11,061 nt of DNA from a virus: UHGV virus genome UHGV-0272930. The stretch is one strand, 5' to 3'. Shown here one piece after another: positions 1 to 11,061 of this stretch. A model generated the notes under the pieces. It ran no database searches. It saw nothing but the letters and a program-made list of their open reading frames with translations, and had not been told where the DNA came from. A program made the position numbers and the translations under genes. How positions within the stretch are numbered: the stretch's first letter is position 1; every line of letters begins with the position of its first letter.

Positions 1-2
1 TG

Positions 3-110
3 CGGGCAACGGTGTTTAATTATATCGAATGTGATTACAATCGGTGGCGGCGGCACAGTTGGTGTGGCGGCCTCAGTCCGGAACAATTTGAAAACCAGAA
101 CCTCGCTTAG
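3..110 (+). CDS. insF: IS3 transposase OrfB (InsF), C-terminal fragment; 5' end lies outside the window
   Basis: Open frame from the window edge to TAG at 108-110; the translation matches the remembered IS3 OrfB C-terminus. Confidence 0.85.
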   Translation, partial: RATVFNYIECDYNRWRRHSWCGGLSPEQFENQNLA

Positions 111-140
111 GCCTGTGTCCATATTACGTGGGTAGGATCA
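102..140. repeat. IS3 right terminal inverted repeat (IRR)
   Basis: ctcgcttaggcctgtgtccatattacgtgggtaggatca; its reverse complement aligns with 10923-10961 at 28 of 39 positions, with the conserved TGATC tip. Confidence 0.85.
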
Positions 141-2505
141 TATTGTCCGTGCCGAATACGTCAAAGAATCCCATCTTAACCTTATATTCACCATCAACGA
201 TGTTTGGTACTGAGTCGAATTCAGGTGCATAACTGGTAAACAATCGGCTGGTATTCCCGTTAACAATACTGATAACAGCACCAGCATAATCACGTTCAGT
301 TGATTGTGTCCATGAAGCAAATAAATTACCAAAACCACCAGTGAATGATACGCCTTGTACTAATCCACATTGTTTGTTTTCTACTGTAATTTTCACTTCC
401 TGTGAATACGTTCCATCATTAAATCCCTGTGCGATAATACCAATAGTTGGTTTACGTACTTTTAAACGATTCATCGCAAGAGCGAAATTGAAACTATTGC
501 TTTGCGTATAGAAAGTATCTACAAGGGTTGTACCGTTATAGATTTTAATGATGTAGTACTTGAAGTAATCAGAATACGAGCGACCATTAACGATTAAGTT
601 CTTCTGTGAATCCCATGCAATATTAAAATCAGGTGCATCGGTGATTAACGCTGATTCAGTACGATTTGCCAGTACTACGCCAGTTACGGAAGGTAAAGCA
701 AAGTTATAAGTCGGTACTATTCCGTTAAGGGTTACACGCTGCGATACCAAACCAAGATTGTTATACGCCTCTACCCCAAAGTCATAGCTTGCAGTGTCAG
801 ACAATCCAAACAGTTCATAAGTGGTTTTCTGTACGCCCGTTTGCCCCGCATATGTCCATGTACTGGTACTGTGAAGTTTGTAGTAAACATAATAGCCCCG
901 TAGGTACGGATCTTCTGAAACCGTCCAGGTCAAATCAATGATAGAACCGCTGGTAGTGTTGCCCTTGCGTACTGCCTGTAGATTCGTTGGAGCCTTCACA
1001 GTAAGTTCAGGGAAGTTAATCACACCACCCGGCGACCATACGCCCGGATCTACACCGTCATACATCTGGTCAGGGGCTTCCACGCAGGTTAGCGTTACAT
1101 AGCCTACGTTCTCTTGATCGGTGGCAATGTCCTTGTTCAGTACTTTAAATTTACCTGAGATATTCAATTCGGCATTACTGACATTGATAGCATCCCATAC
1201 CTTGAGATCCCATCCTTCGGATGTGGTAAAGCTGATAGTACGTAAAGCATACTTTGCCTTGAGTACATCAACGTTTGCCATCTTAGCGATGACATCAGGA
1301 TCATATGACCAACTGTAATCACGACTAAGTGCGATTACCTGCCCGTCTTGCCGAACGGCTTCATCAACGGTTATATCTGAAGGTATGCGTACTACATCCG
1401 TGGTGTACATTGATTCAGGGTTAGTGAATTTGCAGTCAACCACATTGAAGTAGTCAGTACCGCCACTGGTTGAAATCTGTACAGCACCAACCATATTAGA
1501 TTCATTAAATGACGCTACTGAAACTGTTTTACGGTCTGTCGTAATACAAATCTGTCCGGCGTGAACATACATAATACCGCCAAATGATTGACAGATATTT
1601 TCTATGTTTTCTTTATAGCTTGATTGGTAACTGATAGCACCATTGGCGTAGTACTCGAAAGCATCACAATAGGCTGCCGTTTCTTTGAAGATATCAAGAT
1701 TAATTAATGCGGGATCAATACCCATCCCATACGTCGTATTTGTTAAGTAATCATAGATAATTGACGGTGGATTACTACTTGCTTTAATACTGCCATCCAC
1801 TAAATCAAAAATACGTTGCCCTTTCATTTCAACGGTCAAAGCAAACTGATCATTAACGAGAATGTTATTTTCTAATGATTTCTTCGTTTTCTTGATAACC
1901 GTACTGATACTAACAATGCCTTTACCAAGAAATTTATTAGTCCATTTTGGCCCTGCATATCCAGTAGCTAACGTTTTAGTACTGGTATAATCACCACCAA
2001 AGCGTACTTCTAGTTGTAGAAATTCCTGATACTTTTCCGCAATACTGGCTTTCGGTACTATGCCATCTTGTGTAATCGGTACGGCTAAAACTGGTTCGTT
2101 ATCGATATAGATCTGTAGAATATTCTTTTCAGTACCCGCATATGCTACAGCCTGTTCTGAAAAGAGATATTGAGAATCACTATTCGGTACGTTGTACCAT
2201 GACACAATTGAACCTGTCAGTACGTATGAACCGCCTGATACCCCGTTTTTATGTGGCAACTCACCGCCATAGATAACAGGTAATCCCGTAGTTGGGGAAG
2301 TACTTCGGCTTAATGAGTCCGACACATCCCCATAACCGCTTACGCCGATTTGCCCCAACATTGATGTAGCCACCAGTGAAGCAGCTCCCGCAGCAGCCCC
2401 CCAGCCAATCGCGGCTAATGCTGTACCGCCAGTAAAGTACACGGCTGCCGCGACAATTACCGCAGTTATGATAGCTCCAAAGAAGCCCCCTAAACTCTTA
2501 CCCAT
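124..2505 (-). CDS. Lambda gpJ-like central tail fibre / tip attachment protein with an N-terminal gpI-like hydrophobic Gly/Ala-rich domain; 3'-truncated by IS3 (native sequence ends at 141, last 4-5 codons and the stop come from the IS3 IRR)
   Basis: 793-aa ORF. Residues around 250-330 (IIYDYLTNTTYGMG...AAYCDAFEY) resemble the lambda J central region (WDMLTHPRYGMG...GQYCDQ). A fibronectin-III-like segment (LTWTVSEDPYLRGYYVYYKL...) follows. The N-terminal 60 residues (MGKSLGGFFGAIITAVIVAAAVYFTGGTALAAIGWGAAAGAASL) resemble the hydrophobic C-terminal half of lambda gpI. The reading frame runs across the IS3 junction at 140/141 and stops at 126..124 inside the IRR. Confidence 0.75.
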   Translation of the reverse strand: MGKSLGGFFGAIITAVIVAAAVYFTGGTALAAIGWGAAAGAASLVATSMLGQIGVSGYGDVSDSLSRSTSPTTGLPVIYGGELPHKNGVSGGSYVLTGSIVSWYNVPNSDSQYLFSEQAVAYAGTEKNILQIYIDNEPVLAVPITQDGIVPKASIAEKYQEFLQLEVRFGGDYTSTKTLATGYAGPKWTNKFLGKGIVSISTVIKKTKKSLENNILVNDQFALTVEMKGQRIFDLVDGSIKASSNPPSIIYDYLTNTTYGMGIDPALINLDIFKETAAYCDAFEYYANGAISYQSSYKENIENICQSFGGIMYVHAGQICITTDRKTVSVASFNESNMVGAVQISTSGGTDYFNVVDCKFTNPESMYTTDVVRIPSDITVDEAVRQDGQVIALSRDYSWSYDPDVIAKMANVDVLKAKYALRTISFTTSEGWDLKVWDAINVSNAELNISGKFKVLNKDIATDQENVGYVTLTCVEAPDQMYDGVDPGVWSPGGVINFPELTVKAPTNLQAVRKGNTTSGSIIDLTWTVSEDPYLRGYYVYYKLHSTSTWTYAGQTGVQKTTYELFGLSDTASYDFGVEAYNNLGLVSQRVTLNGIVPTYNFALPSVTGVVLANRTESALITDAPDFNIAWDSQKNLIVNGRSYSDYFKYYIIKIYNGTTLVDTFYTQSNSFNFALAMNRLKVRKPTIGIIAQGFNDGTYSQEVKITVENKQCGLVQGVSFTGGFGNLFASWTQSTERDYAGAVISIVNGNTSRLFTSYAPEFDSVPNIVDGEYKVKMGFFDVFGTDNMILPT

Positions 2506-2899
2506 TGTGTTTCCTTACTCTATAAAATGTTCCATTCGTTGGTTTTGGATGAAGTTCAAAGCCATCATGGCTTTCATTCACTCCAAGTACCCGACCTGAT
2601 ACAACCACTGCCATAATTAAAGGGTTATCAGGATCTAGCCATATATCACCGTCTATAACGACCTGTACGGGGTTACAGTACTGTTCAACTATCTCCCCTG
2701 TATGATTCCATCCTTCAGCCTTTAGACCTGCTATACCTTCCTGTACGCTTGTATATTCACGATTTGCTAATTGCGTAGTACCATTAATTAAATCGATAAT
2801 ACGTAATACAATAATATTGCAATCGTTATCTCCGAATTGATACGGGTTATCAATGGCGTACTGAATGACATTCATAATTTCATTGTGTAGATTTTTCAT
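2498..2899 (-). CDS. NlpC/P60-type tail tip peptidase, lambda gpK-like but lacking the N-terminal JAB/MPN domain
   Basis: 133 aa. QFGDNDCNIIVL and ESHDGFELHP resemble the Cys and His motifs of the gpK NlpC/P60 domain. Sits immediately upstream of the J-like gene with an 8-nt overlap, and its start overlaps the upstream stop as TAATG. No HxH...S..D JAMM motif is present. Confidence 0.55.
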   Translation of the reverse strand: MKNLHNEIMNVIQYAIDNPYQFGDNDCNIIVLRIIDLINGTTQLANREYTSVQEGIAGLKAEGWNHTGEIVEQYCNPVQVVIDGDIWLDPDNPLIMAVVVSGRVLGVNESHDGFELHPKPTNGTFYRVRKHNG

Positions 2900-3522
2900 T
2901 ATTTGTACTTCCAGTTTTGATTTTGATTAACTTGCCCTAACAGACTAAAGTACTCATCACCTTTGTAGTAAGATTGATATACTGAGTTAGCAGCAATTAA
3001 GGTCGGCTGTCGGTCTAGCTTTTTATATACACTGTTAACGTATATCGTCATTTCGTTAGTTTTTTGATTTGGGTCTGCTACTGCCTGTACGTAATCAATG
3101 AATCCTGAAAACATAAGCATTGAATCGATTACAGTACTGTCATATGGATTCAAGATTACTAATTTGATATTCATCTGAGCATCTTTAAGAAATCCACCTA
3201 ATGCAAGTGCACGTACTGATTGATTCACATTACTGACTTTGAAGTTGATAGCATCATTCGTGATGCCCTTTTGTTCTGAATAGGAAGGAAGTGAACCACT
3301 GATAATATCGGGGAAACTAATATATTGATAACCATCTAAATTGATATCTATAAGTGAGTCTGTCCAGTGAAAACCATTTGTGCCTTTTGGAAGTACATCA
3401 AAACAAGTTACCTGTACACCCAAGCTCATTACATCCATTAGTGTTAATCGTGTTTTCGTCGTACCTTTAACTAACTTCCAGTACTTCAATAGATTGGCAT
3501 TAGTAAAAACTGCATCATTCAT
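2899..3522 (-). CDS. Minor tail protein, lambda gpL-like (N-terminal domain only; no C-terminal Cys cluster)
   Basis: 207 aa. Occupies the lambda M-L-K-I-J position; weak motif resemblance (DGYQYISFP / FKVSNV against lambda L QYQPYP / LTVSNL). TAATG coupling at both ends. Confidence 0.45.
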   Translation of the reverse strand: MNDAVFTNANLLKYWKLVKGTTKTRLTLMDVMSLGVQVTCFDVLPKGTNGFHWTDSLIDINLDGYQYISFPDIISGSLPSYSEQKGITNDAINFKVSNVNQSVRALALGGFLKDAQMNIKLVILNPYDSTVIDSMLMFSGFIDYVQAVADPNQKTNEMTIYVNSVYKKLDRQPTLIAANSVYQSYYKGDEYFSLLGQVNQNQNWKYK

Positions 3523-4079
3523 TATGTAATATTCTCCGTTGCCTTAAATGTCATATTCATTATGTTACCGACTGGCAATGTATAGTCATTATCAGGGTCC
3601 AGTACTGCTTCGATCATCAGATTGTTATATTTAATAATCTCGCTTGCCTGTACTGTATTTTGTAAGACAGGAAAAATAGTAATAGAAGTACTGGTACGTT
3701 CTACAATGCGATATATTTTATTGTGGTTAGTAAATTGAATCCATTCACCTATCGCTAGAGAATTAGTACTGGTGTTGATTACCCTATTGCCTTTGTTAAC
3801 AAGTGCAGTACTGGTTAACGATCCCGTTTGTGTGCCTCTGTAGGTACTCAACAATCCAAGAGAAAAAGTAAAGGGCTTACCCTGTGAGTACTGAGCAAGG
3901 AAGTTTTGAACCTCTCCAATACTGGCAGTATTGAAACTTAACTGAAACTGAATCTCATAGTATTGAATACCTGTACTTCTCATGATACGTTGCCCTGTCC
4001 ATGTCTGATTTGAATAGACAGGTTCAGTACTTTTAATCTGGAAGTTTGTTATTTTTATTTGATTTGAAAAAGATGCCAT
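3522..4079 (-). CDS. Distal tail protein, lambda gpM-like with a C-terminal extension
   Basis: 185 aa. N-terminal segment YEIQFQLSF...EVQNFLAQYSQGKPFTF resembles lambda M (YSVTLSVPREEATVLESFLEEHGGWKSFLW). GAGGT Shine-Dalgarno 4-5 nt before the ATG at 4079. First gene of the tail tip set. Confidence 0.45.
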   Translation of the reverse strand: MASFSNQIKITNFQIKSTEPVYSNQTWTGQRIMRSTGIQYYEIQFQLSFNTASIGEVQNFLAQYSQGKPFTFSLGLLSTYRGTQTGSLTSTALVNKGNRVINTSTNSLAIGEWIQFTNHNKIYRIVERTSTSITIFPVLQNTVQASEIIKYNNLMIEAVLDPDNDYTLPVGNIMNMTFKATENIT

Positions 4080-4114
4080 TGTAACCTCAACAATCCTTGT
4101 TTCGAGTATTTATT

Positions 4115-4735
4115 ATGATTGACTTCTTAAACCACATATTGCCTATATTATCTGCTATTGCATTCCCTATAGTTGTTGTAGTAGTAACTCTTTATATAGT
4201 CTACAGAAGCGGAAGTACATCCATCATTGCTAATAAGATATGGGGGATATTCATTGGTGAGAAAAATTTCTTCAATGAAGAATTAGCATTAAAAGAAAAG
4301 GTTGAACATGATGTTGCTAAATTCAACTTTAAAGTAAATCTGAAAACCAGGAATCTCACTCAAATTGAACAATTTTATAAATTTCTGGAAAAATTCGATC
4401 TGGATATAGATAACTTCAAAGGACTTCGTGACTGCTACTTGCCCTCATTGCAGAAGGTCAAAAAAACATCTAAAAGTGAAATGTTTAATATTGGCCTGGT
4501 TGTCTTGTTAATAGGCGGTTTTTTGTTACCTATCTTCATTGGCGTGTTTATATTTAGAGACATTTCTACTTTCGACGGGGGGAAATTAGCAAATCTATTC
4601 TTTTATACGTTTTTAATTTCTGCCAGTACAGTTTTAAGTTTTAGTCAGTTACTTAGAAAGATTAAGTCAATCAGAACCCGTAAATTGATCTATAAAAAGA
4701 AATGCGAATATCTTGCAAACAGAAAGCCCATGTAG
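4115..4735 (+). CDS. Hypothetical membrane protein (moron) on the opposite strand to the structural operon; predicted N-terminal helix, soluble K/E/F-rich domain, two C-terminal helices and a basic tail; no recognisable family
   Basis: Only long plus-strand ORF not antisense to a minus-strand gene. ATG at 4115 (the ORF track begins at an in-frame TTG at 4097). Hydrophobic stretches ILPILSAIAFPIVVVVVTLYIVY, FNIGLVVLLIGGFLLPIFIGVFIF and FFYTFLISASTVLSFSQLL. Markedly more AT-rich than its neighbours by eye. Stop TAG at 4733-4735 lies inside a hairpin. Confidence 0.6.
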   Translation: MIDFLNHILPILSAIAFPIVVVVVTLYIVYRSGSTSIIANKIWGIFIGEKNFFNEELALKEKVEHDVAKFNFKVNLKTRNLTQIEQFYKFLEKFDLDIDNFKGLRDCYLPSLQKVKKTSKSEMFNIGLVVLLIGGFLLPIFIGVFIFRDISTFDGGKLANLFFYTFLISASTVLSFSQLLRKIKSIRTRKLIYKKKCEYLANRKPM

Positions 4736-4742
4736 GGCTTTC
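4722..4742. terminator. Candidate bidirectional stem-loop between convergent genes (8-bp stem, 5-nt loop)
   Basis: gaaagccc (4722-4729), atgta loop, gggctttc (4735-4742) form a perfect inverted repeat. It spans the moron stop codon and ends one base before the stop codon of the minus-strand tail gene (4743-4745). Flanking U-tracts are weak in both directions. Confidence 0.4.
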
Positions 4743-5846
4743 TTAAGAATTACGTCTCTGGCTGCTTCTTACTGCCTGTGTCACACTGTTGGCGTGCTTC
4801 TTCAACATTTCATTGAATTTCTTATCATCACCTGCAACGTCACCCTGAATGATTAAGGGAGCGTTAACGGTGATGTCACCAGCAGTACTACCGCCTTTGT
4901 CCTGAGTATCGAGGAATTTAGTAAGTTTCTTGTTGGCTTCTGGCTGTACGACACGCTCACCGGCTTTCAGTACGAATGATTTATTATCATAACTAGATGG
5001 TAATTCATCTACGCCGCCGTGGAACTGCCCCGCATCAGCACCTTTTGCAGTACTGATAATGCTCAATCCAAGAGAGGCTACCTGTGCATAGTTCGCAAGG
5101 TTTTGAGGCCACGGCGTAGCAAGTGCCTGTGCAAGTGCGGATTGAATGCTTAGTACTGTCTGAGCTATCGTGATCCCACGTGAAACCATGAATGCCGCTT
5201 CGGCTGCACCAGACGATTCCCCAAATGCGGCCACCATCGCCCCACTAAGGTTTTGTGCAGTATCTGAGAAGATTGTGAGTTGTTGCTGTGCATTCTGGTT
5301 ACTGATATCAATGGCCTGAGCATTGTACTTTGCTGTTATACCAGTAGTGTTAGCACCTACGCCGTAATCCCCCTGATAGACAGGAAGAGGTGCAGCCATT
5401 GTCATTACACGGGCAACTACATCAGCAGGTGTAAATGAATAGGATTTAGTAACTACCTGATCCTTATCCCCGGATAATTGAGTACCCGTAACGTAACCAT
5501 TGACGATGGCATAAGTGATCTGACTTTCTTCTAAATCTAATTGATACTGAATAATGACCTGAAATACAGTTTGTGATTCAGCTATTTCATCTAAGAATTG
5601 GTGCGTAGGATCATCAGGTAAGTATGCAACCACAATATCAAATGGTTCTACTGATTTATCGGATAGTAGTACTGTCTTGTACTCATTATCATAGGTTTCA
5701 AAATTATTTGTTTCTGACTGGATGGTTAGAGCAGGAAATTCAGTTACATTATTAATAGTAACATTGCCTATGCCCTGTGGTGAACGGTTTCCAGTGTCCG
5801 TATTATATTGTAAAGTTAATCCCTTACCTGAAAAAATGTCGGCCAT
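4743..5846 (-). CDS. Chimeric tail protein: major tail tube (lambda gpV-like) N-terminal domain joined in frame to a tape-measure (lambda gpH-like) C-terminal region
   Basis: 367 aa. Residues 1 to about 150 (...TEFPALTIQSETNNFETYDNEY...KSVEPFDIVVAYLPDD...) resemble the gpV N-domain. Residues from about 160 are a Gly/Ala-rich hydrophobic block followed by GQFHGGVDEL...FVLKAGERVVQPEANKKL, resembling tape-measure C-termini. AAGGA Shine-Dalgarno 8 nt before the ATG at 5846. Confidence 0.5.
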   Translation of the reverse strand: MADIFSGKGLTLQYNTDTGNRSPQGIGNVTINNVTEFPALTIQSETNNFETYDNEYKTVLLSDKSVEPFDIVVAYLPDDPTHQFLDEIAESQTVFQVIIQYQLDLEESQITYAIVNGYVTGTQLSGDKDQVVTKSYSFTPADVVARVMTMAAPLPVYQGDYGVGANTTGITAKYNAQAIDISNQNAQQQLTIFSDTAQNLSGAMVAAFGESSGAAEAAFMVSRGITIAQTVLSIQSALAQALATPWPQNLANYAQVASLGLSIISTAKGADAGQFHGGVDELPSSYDNKSFVLKAGERVVQPEANKKLTKFLDTQDKGGSTAGDITVNAPLIIQGDVAGDDKKFNEMLKKHANSVTQAVRSSQRRNS

Positions 5847-5863
5847 TTTATATCCTTATAGCG

Positions 5864-6256
5864 TTATCTTGTTTTCTCCGTAACTTGAATATTTATCGTG
5901 AATGATAAAGAAACCGAGCCAGTTATAGGGTCTGTTACGATATCGGATTGTTCATATGAGTAAGAGAGAATGATTAAATCAGCATCCTTGAAAGCACGTG
6001 CTTTCTCATTATCAAAAGTACTGATAATCTGATCATAAGTAATTGATGGTGCAGTGTTGCCTGATTCTGGTTTTGGACTAATCAAGTACTGAATAGCAAA
6101 GTTACCTGCTTGTCTCTGCCCTCCAAAAGAAATTGAAGACAATGAGTAATCAAATGCTATCTGTTCAAATACATCGGCATCACGTGATATTGTTAGATTC
6201 TTAGTTGCGTTGATTAGCTGTTTCATTGTCTGGCGTACTTTCTGTACTAACATCAT
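5864..6256 (-). CDS. Putative tail terminator / tail completion protein (lambda gpU position and size)
   Basis: About 130 aa when started at the ATG at 6256, which is preceded by a GAGGA Shine-Dalgarno and lies 1 nt after the upstream stop. The ORF track's start at 6334 would overlap the upstream gene by 77 nt and is probably a spurious extension. Weak resemblance to gpU (SRDADVFEQIAFDY against GRPAVFDEADFPAV). Confidence 0.35.
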   Translation of the reverse strand: MMLVQKVRQTMKQLINATKNLTISRDADVFEQIAFDYSLSSISFGGQRQAGNFAIQYLISPKPESGNTAPSITYDQIISTFDNEKARAFKDADLIILSYSYEQSDIVTDPITGSVSLSFTINIQVTEKTR

Positions 6257-6257
6257 A

Positions 6258-6581
6258 TTAGTAGTCCTCTGCAAATGAAGCACCAGCAGAAGTACGAAAG
6301 TAGCAATTAACCATACCTGACCGATCATCTTCAATATTATAAATTGTTTGGTTTACACCATCGATGATCAGTACTGTACCGATAGCTATATCAGCATTAA
6401 CTAAATCATCCTTTCTCATTGTTACGTATGTTTCTGTACTTTCGATAAATCCACCTGCCGCTTCAATAGAAACGGGAAGTACTTCTGCAATTCCAGTAAA
6501 AGTACTTCCCGTAGAAGTTTGGATTAATTGACCGAAAGCATTTAGAAACGTATCTTGTTGACCGTTAGAAAATGCTCTCAT
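6258..6581 (-). CDS. Head-tail joining protein, lambda gpFII-like
   Basis: 107 aa. C-terminal half (...DIAIGTVLIIDGVNQTIYNIEDDRSGMVNCYFRTS) resembles lambda FII (...GDTLTIGEENFWVDRVSPDDGGSCHLWLGRG). Lies directly downstream of the capsid gene. Confidence 0.5.
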   Translation of the reverse strand: MRAFSNGQQDTFLNAFGQLIQTSTGSTFTGIAEVLPVSIEAAGGFIESTETYVTMRKDDLVNADIAIGTVLIIDGVNQTIYNIEDDRSGMVNCYFRTSAGASFAEDY

Positions 6582-6586
6582 AGTTA

Positions 6587-10408
<3,822 letters not shown>

Positions 10409-10411
10409 TTA

Positions 10412-10961
<550 letters not shown>

Positions 10962-10987
10962 TAAACTCTCAGTCAGAGGTGACTCAC

Positions 10988-11061
10988 ATGACAAAAACAG
11001 TATCAACCAGTAAAAAACCCCGTAAACAGCATTCGCCTGAATTTCGCAGTGAAGCCCTGAA
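10988..11061 (+). CDS. insE: IS3 transposase OrfA (InsE), N-terminal 24 codons; continues beyond the window
   Basis: ATG at 10988 preceded by GAGGTGACTCAC; translation MTKTVSTSKKPRKQHSPEFRSEAL. Confidence 0.85.
   Translation, partial: MTKTVSTSKKPRKQHSPEFRSEAL

Larger units (their letters stand above)
1..140 (+). mobile_element. IS3 (IS3 family) right end, partial: 3' end of transposase orfB plus right terminal inverted repeat
   Basis: Bases 3-110 translate to ...[31 protein letters not shown], which matches my recollection of the IS3 OrfB (InsF) C-terminus. Bases 102-140 are the imperfect inverse (28 of 39 positions) of the IS3 left IR seen at 10923-10961. The element ends ...GGATCA at 140. 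Confidence 0.9.

Noticed and set aside
138-338. Minus-strand 66-aa ORF overlapping the 3' end of the J-like gene in another frame
   Set aside because: It is nested in a well-supported longer gene and its stop falls inside the IS3 repeat; alternative-frame artefact.
1121-1318. Plus-strand 65-aa ORF
   Set aside because: Antisense within the J-like gene; short, with no supporting signals.
4097-4114. TTG start for the moron ORF as given in the ORF track
   Set aside because: No Shine-Dalgarno precedes it, and an in-frame ATG follows 18 nt downstream at 4115. The choice stays ambiguous and does not change the predicted membrane topology.
6257-6334. N-terminal 26 residues of the 156-aa ORF (start at 6334)
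   Set aside because: That start would overlap the upstream FII-like gene by 77 nt. An ATG at 6256 with a GAGGA Shine-Dalgarno sits 1 nt after the upstream stop, so I used 6256.

Overview
The window is one minus-strand bacteriophage morphogenesis operon (141..10922) bracketed by two partial IS3 copies in direct orientation: the last 140 bp of one copy (orfB 3' end plus right inverted repeat, 1..140) and the first 139 bp of another (left inverted repeat plus the insE start, 10923..11061). The phage block reads, in transcription order, terminase large subunit (5'-truncated by IS3), a gpW-like protein, a lambda-type portal, a single-ORF HK97-type prohead protease/linker/major capsid fusion, a gpFII-like and a gpU-like connector, a chimeric ORF with a major-tail-protein-like N-terminus and tape-measure-like C-terminus, then a lambda-like tail tip set (M-like, L-like, NlpC/P60-only K-like, and a J-like protein carrying an N-terminal gpI-like hydrophobic domain and 3'-truncated by IS3). 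Embedded in opposite orientation between the chimeric tail gene and the M-like gene is an AT-rich ORF for a roughly 206-aa three-helix membrane protein with no recognisable family; this moron is the best candidate for an undescribed accessory function such as superinfection exclusion or abortive infection. No tRNA, rRNA, CRISPR array, integrase, small terminase, lysis or replication gene is present. All family assignments are from reading the translations against remembered lambda, HK97 and IS3 proteins; no search was run, and GC values are by-eye estimates.
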